From: Camelus ferus
Lineage: Eukaryota
Direction of reading: 5' to 3'
Length of the DNA stretch: 64,000 nt
NCBI RefSeq assembly: GCF_009834535.1
Contig: NC_045697.1
Location: forward strand, 4,652,001 to 4,716,000
Shown: positions 49,401-61,100 of the stretch, one piece after another
How the letters are laid out: each line of letters begins with the position of its first letter
How positions within the stretch are numbered: the stretch's first letter is position 1
Notes under the pieces: model-generated
What the model was told of the DNA's origin: nothing
Databases searched by the model: none
What the model saw: the letters and a program-made list of their open reading frames with translations, nothing else
Made by a program: the position numbers and the translations under genes

Positions 49401-52400
49401 GTGTAGTGTGTGTGTGGGGGCGCAGAAGGCAGGCGGGCGGACTGGGCGTGGAGCAGGAGGGATGCCCAGTATTTCCTGATGTCCCGTCAGATCATTAGCC
49501 GCATCCCCGGACCTGCGCTCTGGGCCGGCCGGTGCCAGACACGGGGGCACAGCACACGAGCACACAGACGCCTTACCCGGCGGGCTCCACACACCAGCTC
49601 CACGCCCACAACCTGGGTCCCTAGTCCCTGATGAGACCAGGACAGACCCAAAGATGGGGTTTACAAACCTTTATAGCCCCGGGACTTTGCCACAGCCTCC
49701 AGGCATGTAAACAGGGTGGAGACCCTTCTGGGTGTGGTCAGACCCCCTGCCCCCGCCCCGTGTGTGGTGTGCAGTCAGTCACCGGCAGCGGGGCCACGTG
49801 TGGGGCACTATCAGACTGGAAATTAAAAACAAAATCTAGCTGGTCCTTTTGTGTGGGAAGTGCTGGTCTAGTGGGGACAGAGACCAGAGCCCACAGCAGG
49901 CGGCTTCGCCTGGTTGTGGCGCGTGGAGGGGGCGCGCAGGGCGGGCTCGAGTCCCTAACCTCAGGCGTTTTATGAGCAGCGGGCCATTTTACGGGCCTTT
50001 TGATGCCCACTCTGCCTGGTCAGTCTCTCTTCTTTTTGTAAAAGACAGTACATGCAAGGTGGTTTTTGATTTTATTTTTATTTATTTATCTATTATTTAT
50101 TTTTTTAAATGGAGGGACTGGGGGCTGAGCCCAGGACCCTGTGCGCGCTAAGCCCTGTACCTTCCTCTCACCCTTCTAACAGAGCAGGCAGCATGCTTCC
50201 AAGCAAGTGTCTTGATTCTGCCTTCCAACCCTCTAGCCAAATACATTTTGTCTAATTTTTTTCTTTCTTTTAAAAAAATCTACACTCTTTTCCTCCTTGG
50301 ATGCAGTAGACTTTCCTCTGACCACCACATTTAACTGGGGGGCGAGTATAGCTCAGTGGTAGAGCACGTGCGTAGCACACACGAGGTCCTGGGTTCAATC
50401 CCCAGTCCCTCCATTAAAAAATAATAATAATAAAAATTTTAAAACCAGGGGGATGGGTATAGCTCAGTGGTAGAAATAAAAACCTAATTACCTCTCCTTC
50501 CCCCAAAATAAAAAATAAATAAAATCTGCAGTTTTCCTCTTCTGATGCAGTAGATTTCCCTCTGACCACATTGAATTAAGGGAAATTGAAGGAGGCTGAT
50601 GGGGGAGAGCCCTAGGAACTCAGGGTGGGTGGTCCCCCACCCCACCCTCCCGTGACCCGTGTATTTGCTGTGTCCGCAGCTGGAGGCCGAGGCTGTGTTC
50701 CGGGCCATCACCATCGCGGGCCGGATCAACTGCCCCGTGTACATCACCAAGGTGATGAGCAGGAGCGCGGCCGACATCATCACCTTGGCCAGAAAGAAAG
50801 GTACACAGCCCAGCGCCCTGGCTCCTGTGGGAGCTGGGGGGGAGGAAGAGGCGTGTCCAGAGTTCAGGTTCGCTGTCAGAGCCACTGCCCAGGGCAGAGA
50901 CACCTGCTCGTTGCCAGCAGCCTGAACCCTGAACCCCGTGGGCCAGGCTGAAGAGGGAGCTGAGGGTGGTGGGTGGAACACAAGGTGTGCAGTCAGTTTT
51001 AGGTTTGATTCCTGGGGTGCCATGTGCCCACGTGTGACCTTGGTGAGTAGTGTTCTGAGCCTCAGTTTCCCTACTTGTAAGGTAATTATCTCCTCGTGAG
51101 TCACGTGAGACCATGTATTTTAAAGATCTGTGAAGAGTTCCAAGTTCTCCTTGGGTTTCACATCAAGCCAGTGATGGAGCCCAGGCTCCAGCAGCGCCTG
51201 GATCCCACCTGCCCTCTTTCTGGTCCCCTTTCTGGGCACTTCATCCTGGATCCCCCATCTGGGACCCCTTGGTTGGTGCCTGCACCCAGGCTCCACCCTC
51301 GGGCCTGCACAGAGTCTCAGCTGCAGGTGGGGAAGGAGGACAGTGCTTTCCAGAGCACAGGGTCTGGGGAACAGCCCCGACCTGGACATCGGGGGGTGGG
51401 GCAGGGAGTCACCTGCCAGCTCTAAGACTTGAGTGCACTACTCAACTTCTCTGAACTTCCGTTGTCTCATCTCTAAACGGACCTGAGGCACTCACAGATG
51501 TGAAGTGCCTGCCGAGTCCTTGGCGGGTCCCGAGGGCTCCTGAGGACGGTGGGGCGCAGGCACAGCTGGTGTGCTGAGCGGCTCTTAAAGGCTCTAACCA
51601 GCCGGTTCCCCAGAGACTTAGGGGAGGCACCGAGTGTGATCCCCAGGTCTTCTGACTGAGGCCCACAGTCCCCGACAACCACCAGATTGAGAATGAAGAG
51701 GGTCGTATTTCTCACACTCGAGAGCCACGTGTGGCTGGTGGCTGATGTCTCGGACAGCCCCGAGCAGAGCTGCACGGCCGCTGCGCGTGCTGTTGGGCGG
51801 CGTGGCTCCAGAGCCAGGCTCCTGGTGTCCAAAGCCTGCCTCCTGCTCGCCAGCTGGGTGGCCGCGGGCCGGGCCACAGAGCTGCCGGCCCACATCCGCT
51901 CGGGACTTGTCGCTACTGCAGAGCTGCTTCCTGCTGATACTGAGTCCAGACTCGTAATGCTTGCCACATGACAGGCCAGTAAATTGGAAGACGAGGTGTT
52001 GGGGCAATGAATAATGATTTTATTCAGAAAGTCAGCAGACTAAGAAGATGGGGGACTAAGGTCCTGGAGAACGTCTTCTCCAAGTCAGAATTCAGGCTCC
52101 TTTTATACTAGAATGGGGAAGGGGTGTGGCTGGTTGGTGCTGACTTCTTGGTGTCAGAATCCTTTGTTCTTGCAGCTGATCACATGGGTCAGGTCATGGT
52201 GTGCCTGTAAGCCTCCAGCAAGACAAATGTTCTGCCCTGCTCTGCAGCTTTTTCTCTCTGTATGAGTGGAAGAGCTTGAGAAGGGGCTCTCCTGTGTATT
52301 TCAGGCTCTGGGCAAGATTCGTTTACAAGAGGTGCCGAACCAGCACGACTGAGCCCAGGAAACAGAGCACGGGGTTAGAGCCAGAGGAACAGAGCTAATA

Positions 52401-55150
52401 AGTGGTCAGATGTGTTCCTCCCTGTTACGCTGGGAAAGCCTGCAACTCTGCCTAAAGCCTTTGATTTTTGCAGAAGCACATCTGACCCACTCCCTGGAAG
52501 GCAAGCTGGACTTTCTGGAAAGTGAATGCTCAGGAAGCAGCCCCCGCAGCAGTGGGTTGCTGGCTGCACGCCCCGGGCCGGGACGGCTCTGCGGCTGCCG
52601 GGGGGAGGGGCGAGGGTGCAGGTGCCCATGGCCGTGGCTGCCTCGGTGATAAGTCACCTTTCCTTGGCTTCTCTCCCTGCATTATATCACTGCCTCAGTT
52701 TCTCTCCAGGTTATTTCTGGGAATCTCAAATAAAACTCTTACACTCAATTTTCCATTTGAAAATCAGCCTCCAGCAGAACCCAAACTAAGACAGCAGTCA
52801 CGTCTCTGTGCTTCGGCTGACCGTCTGTCAGAGGAGATAAAAGTCAGTTCCAAATGCTAAAAGCATCAATAACCCAAATGGTCGTTGAACGGGACAGCGG
52901 GGTGCTGAGTGCCTGGTGGTGTGGGGTCACTGGGGCGCGTGTGGTGGAGCTGGGGGAAGGACGGACCGTCTCATTCTCCGGCCTCTGGGATCTTCTATTT
53001 CCGTGTGTCAGGGCTCTCAACCATGAGTGTTTGTGTTTGTCTCCCAAGGCCCCCTCGTTTTTGGCGAGCCCATCGCTGCCAGTCTGGGGACCGATGGCAC
53101 CCATTACTGGAGCAAGAACTGGGCCAAGGCGGCGGCCTTTGTGACCTCCCCTCCCCTGAGCCCGGACCCCACCACACCTGACTACTTGACCTCCCTGCTG
53201 GCCTGGTGAGAGCCCGTGGGCCGGCGGGGTGGTGGGGCTGGGCCGGCGGGCTGGGCCGGCGGGGTGGGGGGTTGAAGGGCAGGAAGCCGCAGCTGGCTCA
53301 GTGAGGGGTCCTTGGGCTGGCTGCTCTGGGACAACTTGGAACAAAGCTCCAGGTTGCTTACAGCAGGCCTTCAGGGGCCCCAGGGTCTATTTCATTCAGT
53401 TACCATGCCAGTCACTTTTCTAGGTTTTTTCCCATTTATACTGCAGCATTTAAGCACCTTCTGTGTGCCTGGCACTGTGGGACATTGGGAAACACAGAGT
53501 TAAGAATGTGAGACCAACATCCTCGTCCTCCCTCAACACGGGCTGGCTGTGCCCCCGGCGGGTCCCCTACCCTGTGGTGTCTCTGTCTCTGTTGACTCAC
53601 CAGCAACGTGGGGCGAGTGCAGCCCCCGCCGCGGAGCTGGGTGTGAGCCAGCTCAGGTAGAAGGCCTGGGATTCGGGGTTCACGGTGGCCGCGGGGCTGT
53701 GCTCTGCTGCCTGCACACAGTAGGAGCACAGCACTTTTACCCCTCTCTGCTGTCAGCCAGCGTGAGGGAAGAACACTTAGGGCCACAAGAGAAGGCTCAG
53801 AGATGAGGTGTGCAGGCTGCTCTGGAAGCAGAGGTGCACCCTCCGAAGGCTGCATGGAGGAGGTGACATCAGGTCTGGACACCGGGGATGAGTAAGAGTT
53901 TGCCTGATGGGCAAGGATAATTCGGGGCTTCTAATCAGAAGGAACCAGGAAGTGGTGGGGGTGTGCATCCAGCCTGCGCCCACAGTCACACAGAACCTCC
54001 TCCCGATGCCCGGGCCTCTTTGCAGTCTTCAGCAAGATATCAAAGGCCGAAGGGCCTTCCAGTGTCACTAGGTAAGGCCCGTGATGTCCCAAAATCCTCT
54101 CCCCAGAATCTCTTTGTGATGCAAGGCAGTGGGGCGCAAGAGGATGGCCATGTCCCAGGTCCCAGGAGAGTCCCTGGGACGTGCCCCACCAAGGGAAGGT
54201 CCTTGGCTTCGCGCAGGGAAGAATTCAAGAGCGAGCCGCTGTAGAGCGGGGGTAGATTTATTCAGAGAGGTGTACACTCCATAGCGTGTGGGCCCCTCGG
54301 AAGGCAAGAGAGGCTGAGAGAGGGAGAGGCCGTGGGGTGGCGGGTTGTTAGCTTTTATGGGCGCGGTAACTCCTCATGCTAAAAGTGGGAGGGTTATTCC
54401 AGCTACTTTGGGGAAGGGGCTGGGATTCCCAGGAATTGGGCCACCGCCCACTTTTTGACCTTTTGTGGTCAGCCTGGGGTCTGTCATGATGGCTGTGGGA
54501 GGCCACTTAGCAGCTACTGTGTTGCAGTGAGCCTATAATGACGCTCAGGGCCCACTGGGAGCTGAATCTTCCCCATCTTGGTGCTGATGGCTGTGCCCTG
54601 CCCTCCGCCCTCCTGTCTTGTTTAGGGTTTGAGTTTTACAGCCTGATTTGGTGTCTGAGGTTGGGGTCTGCTCCACCATGTGAACTCGGGTCTGAATCCC
54701 ACCTTGTTTTGTCTTTGCCAGTGGAGACCTGCAGGTCACGGGCAGCGGACACTGTCCCTACAGCACTGCCCAGAAGGCGGTGGGCAAGGACAACTTCACT
54801 CTCATCCCCGAGGGTGTCAACGGGATAGAGGAGCGGATGACCGTGGTCTGGGACAAGGCGGTGGTAAGGCGGCACCATCTCCCTGCTCCCAACCCCAAGA
54901 ACAGCCTAGAAGCGCCCTCCAGGCCCACTGAAGCCCCGTGTCATGCACTTCTGGTTCTTAAATTCCCTTTCTTTCTTTGAGGCAGAAGCAGCATGCACCA
55001 GGAGGGCACACGTGTGACCCTTAAGAAAACAGCACGAGTCCTTTGATGTCCTCTGCATTTGCAGATACGACAACTGTCCTGCAGTCTTTATGGATGGGAC
55101 AGTTTTGTTTTGTTTTAACGACATTTCAGTCCATGTAAAGATGACTTTGT

Positions 55151-55188
<38 letters not shown>

Positions 55189-58100
55189 CAGGTTTGGGGT
55201 TGACAGTGGGCACAGAGGATTCCTGCTGCATAAGGAAGTCCCAGGTCACACCCTGATCACTGACTTGAGACAGAAAATTTTAATTTTCTATCAAATGGGG
55301 ACCCAGTGAAACTGACCAGATGCCAAGGGGGCTGTTGTGAAAACATCGAGACACCTCTGAGGAGTTAATTACATGTCTGATCTGATCTGATGAGGCCAGG
55401 CCCCTGGGGCTTTCTCAGGATGGCCTGGTTTCAGCAGGGAGTGGAGAAAATTCCAGACTCTTCGTCGGGGCTCTGTTGGCAGGTTGAGCTCTGTGCCTGT
55501 CTGCCCCTTCTGGTCCTGTTAGGGGATGCTTTTCTCATCCGTGGGTCTTGCCTCCAGGCTACTGGCAAAATGGACGAGAACCAGTTTGTCGCTGTCACCA
55601 GCACCAATGCAGCCAAGATCTTTAACCTGTACCCCAGAAAAGGGCGGATTGCCGTGGGCTCGGACGCTGACGTGGTCATCTGGGACCCTGACAAGGTGAA
55701 GACCATCACAGCCAAGAGTCACAAGTCGGTGAGTCCTGGTTTATCAGCACCGCTCCTGGCATGGGTAAGCGGTTCTCGCTTTGTGATCGTTTTAGAAGCC
55801 TCTGGTTAAAGCGATTTATTAATTCCCCCCCCCCCTCTCTCGGGGGCTCTTCCCCCGATGCGTGATGTGTTTTTTTCTCAGCCAGCTGACTCTGCTCGTG
55901 ACTCCGTGGAGTGAGCCAGCAGGCTCAGAGAGGGGAAGTATTAGGTGCAAGATCCTTTCTCCAGTTTAGTTATCAAGCTGGAGAGGGTTTGGGCTGGTGT
56001 CTCAGGAGCCCCCTACTTCAGCTGGGGGCCAACTGCTGGCCGTCAGCAGAGGAGGGGGGTGGACTGCCTCGTGCTGTTTGAGCTCACACCAAGGGTGCGC
56101 TCTCCCCGGATCCAGGCCTCAAGCCTGTGCGTGTGGGTTACCTCTGCCCTTTGTATCTTACGTGCCCTTGACTTCTTCACTCACCCAGCAAACCTCTAAG
56201 GATGCAGAGATAGAAGACATCTTCCCCTCCCTGCGTGTTTGCTTCAACCCGCTCTGCATGGCCAGCAGTAGTGTAAGGACCAGATTAACAGCTACACTCA
56301 CAAGACACAGAGGCCACGGCCTGGTTCCTGACTCACCAAAGTCTGTTTCAGGACGTGGGCCAGGAGGCAGAGTGTGTGCACAGAGCATCACCCTACGATG
56401 GGTGCCGCTTCCCAGCCCAGAGGTCAGTCCCTGTTGAGGGGCGAGACCATGTGCATGGGGACAGGACCCCAGGCACAAGGAAGCCTCATGAGATTGTGAC
56501 AAGAACCACTTAGCCACAAGAGCCATGGCATGGGGACAGAGAGATCTGTCCAGCTCATCAACCAGCCGTCATTCTTAAATTCACCAGGGCTCCCTGGTGA
56601 CATGCCTTCTTCCCTCACCCCCATCCCTGGGAGCAGGTCAGGAGGAACCAAGCCTGAGGTCACCTCCCCTGGAGAAAGATATACACTCTTCTCCACACTC
56701 ACCACCCCCGAAGCACACGGTTCCATTTTAATTACTAGGGATGCGGTGATGTGCACACAGGGAGTGGGGTCTGGGAACACAGGAAGATGCACGCTGCTCC
56801 CTCGTGGTGTCAGCAAGGTGTCCTGTGAGAAGGTCGTGCAGGTGAGCGGGCGTGCGTCACCACTGCTGTCCGGCCACTGGAGCTGCCCCTCGGCTCTCAG
56901 GGCCATCATGGTCCAGGGAGGAAGAGGGTGCCTGGCCAGCTAGGGAGACAGGGTGGTGGGAGAGAGGCTGAGCTGGGCATGCACGGACCCCTCATCTCCT
57001 ATTATTTCGGTACGTAATCAGTGGACATGCACGTTTCACACTTGGGAGTCAGGGTTTCAATTATTATCAAACCCCAGTCAAATCTTGCTTTGTAGTTACT
57101 CTGTGTTTACTTTTTCCATGCCTCATCTCACTTAATACAATAAGCTCAGTTAGGTATGTTGTTATTACTAAGTAAGAAAATGGACAGAGAGAGGATGCCT
57201 ATTAATTCCCTGGGGCTTCTGTCACAAAGGACCACAGGCTGGTGGGTTGAAACGACAGGAATGTGTTTTCTTGCAGTTCTGGAGGCCAGTGCCCTGAAAT
57301 CAGCGTCAGCAGGGCTGTGCTCCCCCGGGGGCTCTTGGGAGGGTCTGTTCCATGCCTTCCTCCTGCCCTTTGGTGTCATTGGCCATCCTTGACGTTCCTT
57401 GGCTTGTGGTTGCATCATTCCAATCTCTGGCCATCTTCCTGTGTCTTGCCATCTTCTTATAAGGACACCAGTCATCAGGCTTAGGGCCCACTCTGCTCCA
57501 GTGACCTCATCTTAACTACCGACGTCTGCAACGATCCCTTTCAAAATACAGTTGCCTTCAACAGACCTTTTTGGGGGACATATTTCAACCCATAATAATC
57601 AGTCAGGTACCTGAGGTTGCCCATGTGGGAGGTGATTGTTCCAGGTGAGTTACACTTGGGACGTATCCCCTCTCTGTGCCAAGCCAGGTTTGAGTGATTT
57701 TCTTAGCCAGAAACAGACAGTTCAGGACGCCATGAGACCGACTGGTTTTTGTCTGTTCCATTCTTTTCTGTTCAAAGCAGTACCATCCCCACAGTGAGGA
57801 AACTAGTGTATTCCAGAACAGGGATTGGAAAGTGCGGTTTTAGGGGTTAATTTCACTTTTTTTAAGTTTAAAAATATTACTTTCCTTTTAACAACTGTAA
57901 AGAAATCATTTCCTATACGTTGATCCATGATTAAAAATTTAAATCTCCTTTTCTGTAAAAAGAACACAACTTTTATTCTTTCATATCTTAGTGTGAAAAG
58001 TATTTGCTTCAAAGTGTCGCAGCACAGGTAACATACAGGATTGTATGGCATAGACAACTTAGGTTTTTACACTCTTTTGTTGAGATGTAATTCACATGCC

Positions 58101-61100
58101 ATGAATTTCACCATTTTAAAATTGAGAAGGTTGTACAATCACCAGTACTCATTCCAAACATTTTCGTCCCCTCAGAAGGAAACCCAGTAGTCATTAGCAG
58201 CCACTCCCCACTCCTTCCTCCCCCAGCCCATCAACCACGAATCTGGTCTCTTTATGGATTTGCTTATTCTGTACATTTCATACAAATGGGTTCACACAGT
58301 ATGTGGCTTTTGTATCTGGCTTCTTTTACTTGGTATCTTGTTTTAGGAGCTCATCCACACTATAGCAGGTATCAATCCATTCCTTTTTATGGCTGAATAA
58401 TATTCCATTGCTTGGGTCGACCACATTCATCCATTTTTTGACATAAACATATACCATGCTTATGCATTCATCAGTGTCAGGCTGTCTTTATAAAAGACTG
58501 AGGAATAGTAACTGCTTCCTGGGAGGGGGACTAGGGAACTGGGGCTCAGATGGGAGAGAAGACAGTTTTTAAAATCATGATCTTTTATACTGTTTGAATT
58601 TTTACATTGTTTCTATTACCTTTAAGCAAGGGAACAATTAGCTTTGAAAACTCTAGGTAGTTGTGGAACATGGAATGGGACATTTGTGGGCAATATAACC
58701 GGCAGGCTGGTAAGATTCTCCCCTGGGGGAGCGCCCCTGGGGCACGTAACATGTCCTCCCACTAAGAAGAGAAGAGAACAGGCTGGACGGGGCTGGGTGG
58801 CCTCAGCCCACCTGGCCGGTCAGTTTGGACTGGGAGGGAGGTCAGTGATTTGCCTCTTCAACGCTTTTCAGCATTTACAGCCCACATTTGAGTTTGAGTA
58901 AAATTATAAATTACTGCAAAGCAAGGTCACTTTAGGGTGACTCAGGAAGTGTTAGATTAGCAAGTGTTAAAACTGAAAACAAATTGCTTGGGTCCTGGGA
59001 GGCAGCGGCAACAAAGATTCTAAGGCAAAATATTAGCAGCTGTTAGTGGAAAATCTGATTGTTGCCTTGAAACCCCAAATAAATGCCATCAAAAACAATA
59101 AGAGAATCTGCTGGCTGATTACAAATTAATATAAAGAATTTTCTATGAAATAATTTTTTTCTATGAAATAATTAAAAAGCACTTTGAGTGGGGAGGGTGC
59201 AGCTCAGTGGCAGAGCATGTGCTTAGCAGGCATGAGATTCTGGGTTCAACCCCCCGTCCCCCCATTTAAAAAATGGAAAAAAAACACTTTGAAAAACAGA
59301 ATGGAAATCAAAATCCTGTTTCTAAGAACAATAAAAACTAAAGACACATAAATGCAAGTTCTTTTATGCTAAAAAGATTCAATAGAGTGAACATATCCAT
59401 TCTTCCTAATTTAATCTATGGACTGGAAGTAAACCCCTCAGAAAATTTAGTGGGCTTGTTTTTTAGGTAAAAGAGCAGAGTTTCTAGATGGAAAATCTGA
59501 GAACAGCCGAACATTTCTGACCAAAGTGGAAAACTAAGGGAGAGTGCTAATCGCCCATTTATTAAATTGTGTTATAAAGCTACAAACATCGAGACAGTCG
59601 GCTATTGGCACAAGAGAAGCAGCCAGGCAGCAGGCCCACTGCATACGAGCGTTTGATTTACAATAAAGGAGTCAGTTAAAATCAGACAGACAGGTACTCA
59701 ACCTGTTGTGTTCAAACACTGGGCTCGCAGGGCTAAGACCTCTGTTGTCCTTTTAACCACAAAACAAATTCAAAATGGGTCAAAGATTCAAATAAAGCTA
59801 TGAAAGGACCAGAATAAAATACATTTTAAAAAATGATCCTTTTAGAGGGGAGACCTTTCTTAGCAAGACACAAAACTTAGAAAATAAAAAGGAGATTAGT
59901 CTGTTTGATCACTATGTACAAATTAAACCAGAAAAAAAAGAAACCCTTCTGCATGGCAACAACTAATATTTATTATTTTATATGAGGTCAGAAGGCAGGG
60001 GACAGTCAGGGGACGTACTGGCGATACAACAGGACAGAGGAATAAATTCCTTAACGCTGAACATGTGCTTAGAAACCAGTGAGGAGAAAGCCGAGAACTT
60101 AAGAGACCAGGGCTCAAGAACGCAGGGACACGAGGAGAAATATACAAATGGTTTCAACTTAAAAACAGACCAGATCTCACGTATAAATAACCAAATGCGA
60201 ATCACCGCAGATCGCGCTGTTGTCACCCGAGCCGGTGACTGAGACGCAGGGGCACGCGGGTGCGGTCGGACTGTGGGGGCTGACGAGCTCATGGGGTCTT
60301 GACGGGAATGGAAACCAGTGCCGCCTTTTGGCGGGCAAGTCTGTCAAAGTCAAAAGCCATTTAGGCTTTGGCTCAACCCCCTCGTCTAGGACGATGTTCA
60401 CACGTGCCAGTGTGGACACACTAGTGTGTTCAGCGTGGTTTTTAGCAAAAGCAGGGCAACGACCCACATGTTCGCCCCTGGGAACTGGATTAGTAAATGA
60501 CAGTACGTCCCTGTGGAATCAAAACGGTTTAAGGAACATCAGAAACATTTTTAACGCAGGGACCATTCTTTGAGGTAAGGAGAAAAACTAGGGTGAGCCT
60601 GTACGGAACACGTGCAATGTGAGACAGTTATTCACACAGAAAAGATCTGGGGACCCAGGAGGGTCTGTTGGAGGCAAGCATCTCAGTCTGTGGTCAATGA
60701 GAGACCTGTGTTTTAAAAACCACGTATCTTTTGTACCGTTTGAATTTATACCGTATATACGACCTGCTTTTTTTTTTTTTAAGTTGACTTACAGGCAATT
60801 TACAGTGTGTTAATTTCTGGTGTGCAGCTTAGTGATTCACTTACACACATATGTATATTCCTTTTCATATTTTTTTCATTATAGGCCATTGCAAGGTATT
60901 GAGTATAGCTCCCTGTGCCCGACAGTAGGACCCTGTTGTTTATCTGTTTTATATATAGTGGTTAGTATCTGCCAACCCCGAAATCCCAATTTACCCCATT
61001 TTAAATAATCAAAGTAACCACTGTTGCTGTTGGTGATTATATTCACTTTAGAAGTGATGAAAGGAATGTGTTTTTAAGAAAATGTTTTGTCTTTCCAATT

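Noticed and set aside
49133..49416. CRISPR-like repeat array
   Set aside because: Eukaryotic minisatellite with no unique spacers and no cas genes
54858..54868. Tandem donor GCG|GTG|GTAAG at exon 10
   Set aside because: The upstream GTGGTA donor is much weaker than GTAAGG; nothing in the sequence suggests it is used
59139..59173. Short tandem duplications (ttctatgaaataatt x2; also ~9018 and ~36180)
   Set aside because: Ordinary slippage events with no functional context
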